DNA from: an uncultured virus (IMG/VR IMGVR_UViG_3300025098_000017)
Lineage: Duplodnaviria > Heunggongvirae > Uroviricota > Caudoviricetes > Kyanoviridae
Reading direction: 5' to 3' (one strand)
IMG/VR virus record: IMGVR_UViG_3300025098_000017
Length of the DNA: 64,000 bases
The notes under the pieces are model-generated. The model made no database searches. It saw nothing but the letters and a program-made list of their open reading frames with translations, and had not been told where the DNA came from. This document shows positions 9,901-19,500 of this stretch, one piece after another. The position numbers were made by a program, and so were the translations under genes. Within the stretch, counting starts at the first letter, position 1. Each line of letters begins with the position of its first letter.

Positions 9901-12900
9901 CAATGAGTTTTGGTGTGATGTAATCATCAATCTTTTTACCATCAAAGAATGCAAAGAACTTAGTTCTTGGCTTCATCCTTGCAACATCAAGTCGTACATT
10001 CCTGGAACGAATCCACGGAATTGTTGTTCTTGCGACGACGGAATCACCTAAACTACGCTCATCAATTCTAGGAGTAACTTGAGTTCTGATACCAGTCCTA
10101 ACTTGACCTCGTGTGGTAGTAATCCTCGTTCTACGCATAACTGCGCGACCTCTTCCCCACGCAGAGCGTCGTCCAGAACGCCATGTGCGTCTTCTTCTCC
10201 TTCTTGTAGTCCAAGTAGTATTCCAAGAATTCCATTGAGTAGGAGCAAATCCATTTTGGTCGATATTTAATCTGTCTGCTGTTGAATTAAAGTCTCCTTC
10301 AATGTTAGTCACTCTTCTAGGAATTCTGGTAGTATCTACCCAATCATCTGAAGCTGGTGTCAAATCAATTCTTCCAATATATGTAAATACATTGAATGGG
10401 TTGACATTTTCAACACGAGAAGCATATGGTTGCTCAATAATATTGAGTTCTGTGTAGGGGAGAGTAATTAGTGGTCCTGTAATTTGATAATTTGCAGATA
10501 ATGCTTCATTAACCTCCATTGTGACATTAGTTGTGTAATGAGAAGGATGGCACGAACCTTCCTGTAAATCTAGAGAACTAGCAAAATCGGGGTCTGACAT
10601 CTCACACTTAGAATGATCTGTAAAGTCATCTACAAAGAATCCATTCTTCAAACGATTGAATCCATCAGCATCAGTAAGTTCTAATGATAATGTATTACTC
10701 TCCAACATATTAAGGGAGGTGTAGTATTCGACCTGATTTAAACGAGTTTCAATTTTACCAATATCTCTCATGGTAAATCGTTTGTTCTCAGAAAGAGTAA
10801 TCAGAACATCCTGATCAGGTTCAAATCCATATGGTTTGTGCTGAAGTGTTGCTAAAAGCATACCTTCGGCAATATCATCAGGGAAAATCGGTTCTTCTGC
10901 ATCCTTACCCTTAATAACCTGAAAGTCTCCATCAGGAGTCAAGAACAATTTGTCAATTCTAGAAAGATACCAATCATAATCACAACGGAAATCGCTATCC
11001 AACTTAGGAATATCGAAAATGGTTCCAGTAGGATTACCACTAACATTGAATACTCTTGATTTGAAATCGAATGTGGAACAATTTACAAATGCAGGAGATG
11101 CTACAGTTCCATCACCGTTATACAGACTCTTAATTCCAGGACGGAAATCTAGATAATCGGCAAGATACTTAGATCCAAAGAAAGGAATGTTTTTATAACT
11201 GGTGTTCAGATAGGACTGACCACCAAAATAATCACCTGTAGCAGAATGACTATAGTAATCAATAACAATTTTTAACTTTCTAATAGGAAGTGCAAATCCT
11301 TTCAGACGAATAAGTCTGGAGCAATCATACATAAATCCTGTTTGAGATGGGGATAATGCATATCTATTAGTTACTTCTTTAGATCCATCAATAACAGAAC
11401 CATCGGCATCATTAATAATTCCGACAACTGCATCTTCGTTACTATCAACACCATTAACAGTTTCCCCTAAAGTAAACTTACCTGAAATATAAACGAGAGT
11501 AAGTTTTAATGTAGATGAATCAAATTCAACTACACGAGCTCTTGCACCAGAAGATTTGCCAGAAATAACAGAACCAGTCTTAAAGAACTTAGGTTCAACT
11601 AAAGTGATTGAAGGAATTACAGGATCGTTGTTGTCTAAAGATTCATAAACAGCATGTAATTTATATGCATCTGTAAGACCTAAGGAAATTTCTTGATCTT
11701 GAATTCTAGTACCATAAAGGTTGGAATACGTTAAATTATAATTTTGCTTATCTAAGTTATCGATAGTCTTATTGACTTTTAAAACAAACATCTCTTGAGG
11801 AGATTTTGTTTTTCTCTGCACAACATTTTTAGAGATAGTTGCAGTAACTTTAATTGACGATATATTAGTTAAATTATCAATTTGGAGAGTTGTTCTATCT
11901 GCAGAAGTGAATGAGGTGAAACCAAAAGCACCAGCATCGCTAGTTGCAAGTGGTATCTGAGAACCTACAGGATAAGATGCATTACTACTACCCAATACAG
12001 TGAATGAGAAATTGACTGCTGAAATTGCAGAGAACTGTTCGTTTTCTGGCAAGGTGATAGAAACAGAATCGCCTGCAGGTGTCTGTGAATCAAATGTTCT
12101 TCTGACAGTCATAGATTCGTCAGAAATAGACCTGATATACTCTTTTGGCATTTGAGTAATAAGATCTGTTGTCTCTTCATTACCAAAGAGAGTAGAGCGA
12201 TAGCGAATTGCTGCAGTGAATGTTCCTGGTGTTGGGAAGTTTACTGAAGGAGGAGTAACATTGACAATTTGATTTGCATTATCAAAGATAAAGTTATCTG
12301 AAGATGTAATTAATGATGCTGGATTTACTTTATCAACATCAACATATGTTGTCTCACTAAAATAGATTCTATCGCCAGGTCTTAAATCTGCTCCAAAATT
12401 GGAATTAAGACCTGTAATCTGATGAGTACCAACAGATGCAATATCTACAGTCCCTCCATTTCCATGGATGGCAGACACTGGAATCGTACATCCATTCCCA
12501 TGAATTGTCGCTACATCAAACGTCAGTGATGCTGCACCGCCACTGCCAAGGTTTCCATCAACAATTGTAAAGGTTTCATCTACTGCAAATCCTGTACCGT
12601 CGTCAGTAATAACAATAGTTGCTGCACCTGTACCATCAACAGCAATAGTAAATGTAGCACCACTACCAGAACCATCTGTAGTGTAATCGGATGCTGTAAT
12701 CGTATATGTTCCTTCTGTTCTACTGGCATCAGCAGCACTGATAGTGTCAATAGTATCGATTCCAGTTGCATTTACGTTTGTAATCGTAATTAATTCTGCA
12801 TTTGCATATCCACTACCATCAGATAATGCTGTAGAATTAACTGCTACTGTTTGAACCGCACCATTAGCATCCGCAGTAATATCAACAATAAGACCAGTAC

Positions 12901-14950
12901 CAGAACCAGAAGAAGTTGTTGCAAGTCCAGTAGTAGCAGTATATCCAGTGCCTGCAGTAGCAATAGCACCTAATGTATTAACACCAGTAGATCTGGAGTT
13001 TGTAATAGTAATAGTTTCATCAACAGCATATCCTGTTCCAGGAACATTAATAGTAGTTGACGTGATAACTCCACTGGATGCAGTGAAATCTAAAGTTAAC
13101 CCTGTACCCGAACCAGAAGAAGTTGTGACAATTGCAGTACCAGTATCAGGGTAACCAGTACCACCTACAAGAGTATCAACAGTTAATACGTCACCATCAA
13201 CGTCATCATAGGTGAATGTTGCACCATTAATGGAGTAGACATCTTCTAAAATTAAATCTGCAGTAAATTCAATTTGTTGAGTTGACTCATCTCTACCAAC
13301 AATCTGTCTTGCATCTGAATACTGATACTTGTAAGTATCAACAATAACATCTAGAGCGATACCATCGATGGTGGTCATCTCACCATCTTGGAAAGAACCA
13401 TTTACTTGATAGACTTGAATGTGGTCATCCGACGATTCTGCACCTACAACTAGTCCTGTTGCACCAGAAGATGAACCTCTGATCAAAGAACCTTCGTTAA
13501 TATTAACCTCAGAAGCAAGTTGCAAAATGGTAATCATCTGCACATCAAACAGATTTGCTTTGTACCTGTCATTGGCATTACCAAAGTTTTGATCTGTATC
13601 ACTAGAATATTCTAGTGAATTGAATCGACCATAACCAATGATATTTCCAGCAGATACACCAGGATTAACAGTAGCACTATCTCTAAATTCTACTGTTTGA
13701 TATGCGTTGCTAACAGAAGAACCTGTAAAGTTTGGGAATCCCCAAATATTATCAACATTACTGTAGTTCCCCAATTCAAAAGGAACGATACCATTTTGCC
13801 TAGCATCAGTAACTCTTGGTTTTAAGAGATCGACATATGTTGGAGATAAAGTTTTAATTCTATATCCCTTTACATATGCAGCACCTGGTCCAATTTCAAC
13901 TGAATAATATTTTTCTGCTGCTACGTTTCCACCCGAAGTAATCGCACCAGTATCATAGACACCATTATTAAATCCATCATCCAAATTTTCTCTCATCAAA
14001 ATTTGGAAATCGTTGACAGTATAGTCACCAGACTCTTCATAAGTCCTGGTGGCCATTGTCCTTTCAAGTTCATTATATGCACTTCTATCTACGAGGTTTT
14101 CAACATTACTACCATTGATACGAAGTAGTTCGATGAAATCTTTGTCTGCGTCATCAGAAAGAAGTTTCTTACTTAATCTAGTGCTAACTTTAAATCTATG
14201 AGAACCAGGAGCAGCATAGTTTGAAGTTCCTGCTGCATTATCATTCAGACTGCTATCATCTTCTGGTGTTACAATAGACTCTAAAATATCTAGACCAATT
14301 CTGTATTGAGGAGTAGTTCCATACTGATCAAGAAGAATATACTGATAGGGAACGTCTACAAAGAAACCCCTAATAAAGTATACACCTTCCTGGACGTAGG
14401 CAACAGAACCAGACTGAATCGAGCTTGTTGGAAGAAGTTGTGCAAAAGGCGATCCAACCTCAATCAATGAAGTACCGAAAGTAATTTCTGTATCGGTGAC
14501 CAACTGCTCATTATCTGAAAATACTGTCTGGGTGTTTCCTTCACCACCAGATTCGATATATTTTACATACAGTGTAATATAATTCTTTTCGGATTCTGTT
14601 TCTGAGATAGTATAAAGCACTTTTGCTTTAATTCCAGAAGTCAATCCTTCAATAATTTTTCCAGCTAGTTGAGTTCTATAATCTTCAACATTAGCACCAA
14701 GAAACGACTCTTGGAGCATAATAGCATCAACATTCAGGTCATAACCAACTTGACCTGGGATGACCATTGCGCCATCTTTAAATAAATGCTGACCTACACT
14801 CTCTACCTGCCTTTGCAGGACGCTTTGCATCGTAGTAAGTTCTCTTGCCTGAATTGGGAATCCAGGACGAAACAATACCCTATAGAAATTCTTATCCTTA
14901 TCAAAGTCGTCGTAATAAGGAGAGACGTTGAGATTTGTATTTTGTGCCAT
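6956..14950 (-). CDS. Large virion structural protein, DUF4815/VrlC-like (2664 aa)
   Basis: N-terminus NLNVSPYYDDFD..KNFYRVLFRPGFPIQARELT. Also RTYEESGDY, KRFTMRDIGKIETRL..VEYYTSL, KNGFFVDDF and DPLAQSF motifs, and a C-terminal P.IKDLRAIAL. Confidence 0.85.
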   Translation of the reverse strand: MAQNTNLNVSPYYDDFDKDKNFYRVLFRPGFPIQARELTTMQSVLQRQVESVGQHLFKDGAMVIPGQVGYDLNVDAIMLQESFLGANVEDYRTQLAGKIIEGLTSGIKAKVLYTISETESEKNYITLYVKYIESGGEGNTQTVFSDNEQLVTDTEITFGTSLIEVGSPFAQLLPTSSIQSGSVAYVQEGVYFIRGFFVDVPYQYILLDQYGTTPQYRIGLDILESIVTPEDDSSLNDNAAGTSNYAAPGSHRFKVSTRLSKKLLSDDADKDFIELLRINGSNVENLVDRSAYNELERTMATRTYEESGDYTVNDFQILMRENLDDGFNNGVYDTGAITSGGNVAAEKYYSVEIGPGAAYVKGYRIKTLSPTYVDLLKPRVTDARQNGIVPFELGNYSNVDNIWGFPNFTGSSVSNAYQTVEFRDSATVNPGVSAGNIIGYGRFNSLEYSSDTDQNFGNANDRYKANLFDVQMITILQLASEVNINEGSLIRGSSSGATGLVVGAESSDDHIQVYQVNGSFQDGEMTTIDGIALDVIVDTYKYQYSDARQIVGRDESTQQIEFTADLILEDVYSINGATFTYDDVDGDVLTVDTLVGGTGYPDTGTAIVTTSSGSGTGLTLDFTASSGVITSTTINVPGTGYAVDETITITNSRSTGVNTLGAIATAGTGYTATTGLATTSSGSGTGLIVDITADANGAVQTVAVNSTALSDGSGYANAELITITNVNATGIDTIDTISAADASRTEGTYTITASDYTTDGSGSGATFTIAVDGTGAATIVITDDGTGFAVDETFTIVDGNLGSGGAASLTFDVATIHGNGCTIPVSAIHGNGGTVDIASVGTHQITGLNSNFGADLRPGDRIYFSETTYVDVDKVNPASLITSSDNFIFDNANQIVNVTPPSVNFPTPGTFTAAIRYRSTLFGNEETTDLITQMPKEYIRSISDESMTVRRTFDSQTPAGDSVSITLPENEQFSAISAVNFSFTVLGSSNASYPVGSQIPLATSDAGAFGFTSFTSADRTTLQIDNLTNISSIKVTATISKNVVQRKTKSPQEMFVLKVNKTIDNLDKQNYNLTYSNLYGTRIQDQEISLGLTDAYKLHAVYESLDNNDPVIPSITLVEPKFFKTGSVISGKSSGARARVVEFDSSTLKLTLVYISGKFTLGETVNGVDSNEDAVVGIINDADGSVIDGSKEVTNRYALSPSQTGFMYDCSRLIRLKGFALPIRKLKIVIDYYSHSATGDYFGGQSYLNTSYKNIPFFGSKYLADYLDFRPGIKSLYNGDGTVASPAFVNCSTFDFKSRVFNVSGNPTGTIFDIPKLDSDFRCDYDWYLSRIDKLFLTPDGDFQVIKGKDAEEPIFPDDIAEGMLLATLQHKPYGFEPDQDVLITLSENKRFTMRDIGKIETRLNQVEYYTSLNMLESNTLSLELTDADGFNRLKNGFFVDDFTDHSKCEMSDPDFASSLDLQEGSCHPSHYTTNVTMEVNEALSANYQITGPLITLPYTELNIIEQPYASRVENVNPFNVFTYIGRIDLTPASDDWVDTTRIPRRVTNIEGDFNSTADRLNIDQNGFAPTQWNSWNTTWTTRRRRRRTWRSGRRSAWGRGRAVMRRTRITTTRGQVRTGIRTQVTPRIDERSLGDSVVARTTIPWIRSRNVRLDVARMKPRTKFFAFFDGKKIDDYITPKLIELIKDPSVDNRTNSTPFVVGETVTGLTSGAKFVVVAPNGFYTYSPYDDSELPSSYSSTTALLNVNVLRAAQQSAGKSYGNFQVGEIIEGESGARAVMANRRLVSDRTGKFRASFFIPPATPDIAVTGGPGEPAPPISDPAPRWATGTRTIRLTTNETDSRLAGAVDSAAEAEYQATGTLNTLQENVLAVRNADIVRDTVTQSRTVRTTRTRRRQVGWWDPLAQSFLIEEEGGVFVSSVDIYFNTKDTNIPISMQIRTMENGYPTANILPFSDVTIVPDDIQTSETGAIATNFVFRAPVYIPPSIEHCFVLFSDSNEYKVWISRMGEVDITGDRTISEQPYAGVLFKSQNATTWTADQYEDLKFNLYRADFDTTSTSTVVFNNAELDIGNNGKLKLRAEPVQTFQPSLKLVLNDNSLNYTIGARLYQKTTLSEGTITAITDVGSVRTLTINDVSGAWQAGSDTGGVITNRIVSSKTTATLVVTGTSGDFTVGETITGNSSTSPTAEIVTWTSGTNTLTLKYVSTEFTPSTETITGGTSGATATVNTIAYSGDTTSGSPASITDSYATTTPTYATSEKLVRILHSNHGMHDLDNNVTIEGIASEINPTFLTSSISTSDLSVLVNDAIAFHSRIDGANIGVSNLGYIKIEDEIMSYSAVSSDGKTITVAERGVDGTTAVAHADETVVECYNLDGIPLTEINKTHSNISNPTLDSYDITTTSISTSGIISGGVAGIATQNLQYEIIVPSLQTMILPNTEINARINTVTGTSINDGVQLSQNSFVNNGLFKDVVLGDDNYFDEPQMICSKVNEDAELAGAKSFRMDVSLTSSKTNITPVIDTDRMSATLVSSRINSPADENTALLSTGDTHDAVYISKVASLSNTSTSLKVLFAGFRPPGTSIKVLYRTLPTGSTGVIEDEGYNFFSTASGDATVPGTDETEIFRDYEYEATGLDFVEYQIKVVFVSDNQAYTPYIKDLRAIALAV

Positions 14951-16482
14951 TAGAACTCGATTACGATTTTGATGTCTTCTACTTGGTCGTTTGCACGACT
15001 AATTGCTCTTCTATTATCTATATAAACAACTTGACCGCTCCCAGATTTAATTTCTGGTTTAGCATATCCATTATTAAATTTCATACCCAAATCATATTCG
15101 GTATTGTTAATAGTTCTAGAAGAAGTATTGGGAACTGCAGGAAAATTTACATCTGGTTGCCCAGCTGCACCTGAAGTTGCACCAGCGATGGCATTAGAAC
15201 CATCGAATTCGTTTTGTGTACCTGTAACTTCTGGGAAAATACCATCAACAGCGTTCTGATAATACTTCAGAAGTTTGGTTGTGGGATTCCAAGAAATTAC
15301 TCGTCCGCGAGCAGTTGTAGTTTGACCACCAACAACCCTACTTTGAGTGATAATTTCATCAGGTGCATAATTTCCCTGGAAAGTTGGAGAGAAGATAACT
15401 GCTTTTGCTGCAGACACTGTGAGGTCTGCAATAAGTTCTTCGGTGCCGAACTTTAATGGGTTAGTAATCAGACCAATACGACGATAATCATTGTCAATTG
15501 GGAAGTCGCCAGCACCTTCATCGTATGAAAGTTTGGCATTAATCATAACCCTGAAAGCACCCAACTCAATCGATGGAGACTCACCATGTCCACCTGGGGG
15601 AGGAATAATAACGTCAATTTGAGCACCAGTACCTGTACCAATACCAGTAATATTATCTACACTAACTTTACCGAACGTGTATCCAGTACCGCCAGATGTA
15701 ACGGTAGAAGAAATAATCTTACCACCATCAACAACAATAGATAATCTACCACCAGCACCATCACCATTGATGGCAACATTATCATAAGTTCCATTATTAT
15801 ATCCAGAACCAGAAGAGTTGATAACAACGCTATCAATTTCTCCAGCAACAGCATTAGTTCTTACCGCGTCATTTGCAAAGACGGGCATGTAATCGTTCGA
15901 GAAGAACTTAAGAACTGAAGCAACTGGAATAGTGTACATATACTTCCAACGATATCCATCGCCAGTAGTAATAATAGATGTAGAAGTACCAGTAGGTTCA
16001 ACTGTAGAGGGTTTGCCGTTAGGATCTGATGGGGAAGTTCCGTTATAAATGCACTTATATACTTGATATTGAGAATTTACAACATAGAAATCCGAATCAT
16101 ATAATTTGGTGGCACCAGAAGATGCTGTCTTACTAGGAGAATAGTCATGACGATACATGTCATAAGTAAAACCTAGTCCACCCGTAGTTTCTTCAGGAGA
16201 AACCCAATCGATTCTTCTAACAACCTGAATTGTGTCTGAAGCAAGAACTCGCTTCAGAGAAATCATGTCATCGAAAGAATTTGAGAATTCTTGAAAAGAA
16301 TCTACTGCTTGAGGGGGAGAATTTTCATTATCCCAAGATTGGGGTCTACCAATGAATAGGTACACTCTGTCTCTGTCCTCACCCGCAGCTGCATCGCTTT
16401 GGTTAGCATCGGGACCTTCAAGCGATTTGATAAATTTATTCGCGGAATAAATTCTAAACTGATCAGTAAGTAAAGCTGCCAT
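14950..16482 (-). CDS. gp8: Baseplate wedge subunit gp8
   Basis: YLFIGRPQSW, VVRRIDW, FYVVNSQYQVYKCIYN, GDGYRWKYMYTI, NDYRRIGLI and YIDNRRAISRANDQVEDIKIVIEF are gp8 hallmarks. Confidence 0.9.
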   Translation of the reverse strand: MAALLTDQFRIYSANKFIKSLEGPDANQSDAAAGEDRDRVYLFIGRPQSWDNENSPPQAVDSFQEFSNSFDDMISLKRVLASDTIQVVRRIDWVSPEETTGGLGFTYDMYRHDYSPSKTASSGATKLYDSDFYVVNSQYQVYKCIYNGTSPSDPNGKPSTVEPTGTSTSIITTGDGYRWKYMYTIPVASVLKFFSNDYMPVFANDAVRTNAVAGEIDSVVINSSGSGYNNGTYDNVAINGDGAGGRLSIVVDGGKIISSTVTSGGTGYTFGKVSVDNITGIGTGTGAQIDVIIPPPGGHGESPSIELGAFRVMINAKLSYDEGAGDFPIDNDYRRIGLITNPLKFGTEELIADLTVSAAKAVIFSPTFQGNYAPDEIITQSRVVGGQTTTARGRVISWNPTTKLLKYYQNAVDGIFPEVTGTQNEFDGSNAIAGATSGAAGQPDVNFPAVPNTSSRTINNTEYDLGMKFNNGYAKPEIKSGSGQVVYIDNRRAISRANDQVEDIKIVIEF

Positions 16483-16512
16483 TTGATAAGGGGATACGTT
16501 CCTCTACTAGTC

Positions 16513-16520
16513 TATTTATG
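16513..16520 (-). promoter_or_regulatory. Late promoter variant (CATAAATA) for gp8
   Basis: Overlaps the upstream stop codon, about 30 nt before the gp8 ATG. Confidence 0.6.
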
Positions 16521-19500
16521 AGGTTTGTACAACCGTCTGATATTCAATATTTTTAATGCGATAAGAAGCACCAGCACTACCTGCTATTTTCTCTCCTCCC
16601 AAGATTGCATATGCTACTGCACCAGAACCAGTTGTATCTGATGCGTCATTAGTAAATGTAATTGTTGGGTGTAAAATATTAGTTGTAATTTCCTGCTTAT
16701 AACCATATCCACCATTACTAATAGTTACAGAACTAACTTGGTCACCTGCTACTGTCATTACTGCAACCGCTGTTGATTGAATATCGCCAGCATTTTCAAT
16801 AACTACAGTTGGTGGTGCTGAATAGTTTGTACCAGGTTCTTGTACGACGATATCAACAATTGAACTCTTAGCAGAAAATTCATTTAGGAAACCATTAACA
16901 CCAATATTAACATTACCTGTATTAAATGGTGTAATACTTTGAACAACCAATATGCCCGTTGAGGTATCCCAAGAAACTACTGTTCCAGTAACTCCAGAAA
17001 GATCGCCCGTGACAATCTCATTCACTCCATAATTTTGACCGTTTCCATCGGTCTTATCTAAGGTAATCTTAACTTGTGCCGAATGTTCGACACCTTCGGA
17101 TAATCCACCCGCAGTAGAAACGGTTGCGAATTTTTGCTCAGGGAATGGAGTTGCATCTAGGATATTATCACCAATAGCAAATAGAGTGGTATTTGTACCA
17201 CCTTGTGTTTCTTCAATACCATATAGTGAATTGTAGATTCCGCCGTCCAAACTAATTTGATTTTCGTAATCCGTTCCTGTATTTGACAAATCAGGAATAC
17301 CATCTCCAGCACCATCGTTCTCTGCAATGTCAACAAAGTCGATATCAGGAGCAACTGTAATTCCAGTCAACTGCAATCTAAAGATTTGAGAACCTATACT
17401 AACTTCTGTTGTATGTGGAAGTGCTGATCCTCCAGCACTATCTGGTAATCCAGCATTAAATTGAACAATAGCGTCTTCTGTAGAGGCAATACCAGCATCA
17501 ATAAATGCTAGTTCGTCAACTTCAAAAGTTACAAATAATTCCCTAGTGCTTGGTCTCCAATCGTAAACCTTGGCAATTTTACTACTAGCAGTTTCAACCC
17601 TTCTAATAACTCTATCACCAACATTAAAGTTGTAGTTGGAAATGCCAGCAACATCTTGTGATGTATCAAGAATTATCCTTTGGTCATAATTAAAGTTCGT
17701 TCCTCTAGTAAGACCTGTAAACTTTCCTCTGGTTTTTCCAGTGTATGTAACAATCTCATTATTGAGAAGGAATGTACCAGAACCAGGAAATGCATCTGTA
17801 GATGATACAAAAATTTCTTCAGAAGATGCGTCAATATCTTTAGTAAGACCAGTAAGGTATTGGAAGGCACTGTTAAATGATTGTCTGGCTTTTGTAGTCC
17901 TCTTCAAGTTAATCAGTTTTGTGAAGATGATATTAGGAGGATTTACATAACCGCCACCCTGGTCAAGAATATCTATACTTGTTATTACACCTTGATTAAT
18001 ATTGGCAATTGCCTTCGCACCCTGTCCACCACCACCATCAATTAGGATGTATGGAGAAGTTTGATAAAAATCACCCTCATCAATAATATTGATACTAGTA
18101 ACTTTACCTAAAGAACTAATAGAAGCAGCACCTTGAGCACCCTGTCCACCACCACCTTCAAATATCAAAGTTGGAGGGGTTGCAAATGATTTACCTTCAT
18201 TAAGTAGAGTTAATCCTGTAACTGATTGAACTACAGGAGATGCGGTTGCACCAGAACCTTCTCCACCGATAATTTGTGCCACTGCAGGAGAAAAATATCC
18301 ATCTCCAGTTTTAGTCATTTGAATATAGGATACAGTTCCATCGTCTTCTAAAACTACATTGCCCTCAGCAATAGTAGGAACTTCTGTTGCTAAATCAGGA
18401 ACATCATCGCCTTCAAACAAAGGTGTTCCAAAATATGTTGGTCCGACGCAATATGGAAAAGTTGGATTGCCTGAAGAATCTTCTGTTAAAAAATATGCAT
18501 ATGTTCCATTAGGATATTCTGGAGTAGATATGTAAACACCATTATGTTCATCTAGGGTGCCTTCAGTCTCATCATAGATGTAATCTTGATAAAGACTACC
18601 CATGGCATAACCATCTTGAACAGTTCTTACTCCATAGGATGCATTAGCATAACTAAAAGAATTTAAAACTCTAGGCGAATCCGAAGGCATTGCAATAGAT
18701 AATGACCTTGTAGTTGCAGTAGTAAATCCTGAAACATAATTATCATAAGTTACAGAAGAACCATTCAGAGTATATGTAATACTTGGATGTTCATATAAAT
18801 TCACTTTATTTGAAATATCCTCAACGTCTGATGTAGGATGCCAACCATCTTCAGCAGTAGATAGTAGTAAAATATTTCCATCATTAGAAGAATCATCCTG
18901 ATTAAAAACGTAAGTTTTACCTCGCTTCAGATTCAGGAAGGATGGGGAGGTAGCATCATATAAAAATTTATTATTACTAACAGTAACAGCATATGTGACT
19001 GTTTCTGCAGCAACTTGTTCGGGTCTTGCTCCGTCTACTTCAATACCAGATTTGAGACGATATGAGGATGATGCTCTTACTACAGAGTTATTGGTTCCAA
19101 AATATCCATATGGTCCATAAATGGGATAACCGTCAAAAGACATACCTAGAATTTTAGAATGTCCGTCAGGATGACGAGATAAATCCTGTTCTCCACCACC
19201 ATAGGTTATGGACTTAAGTCCATATGAATCAAAATTAGTACCACTGTTGCTAAATTGATAAACGTAAACAAGTTGATTTTCTTTTCTGGAGTCTGGAGGA
19301 ATACTTATAGTTACATTATTTAAAGTATTGAAGTTGGAGTTGTTATATGCGACTAGGACACTAGAACCATATGCAGTACCACCAAAAAAGACTCTAAGAC
19401 TTTCTGCATTACCATCAGGATTTTCACCGCCATTGGAATCACTTCCCCTGATAACTTCAAATGTCAATGTAGACACATTACGAAGATCTAAATATAGTCT

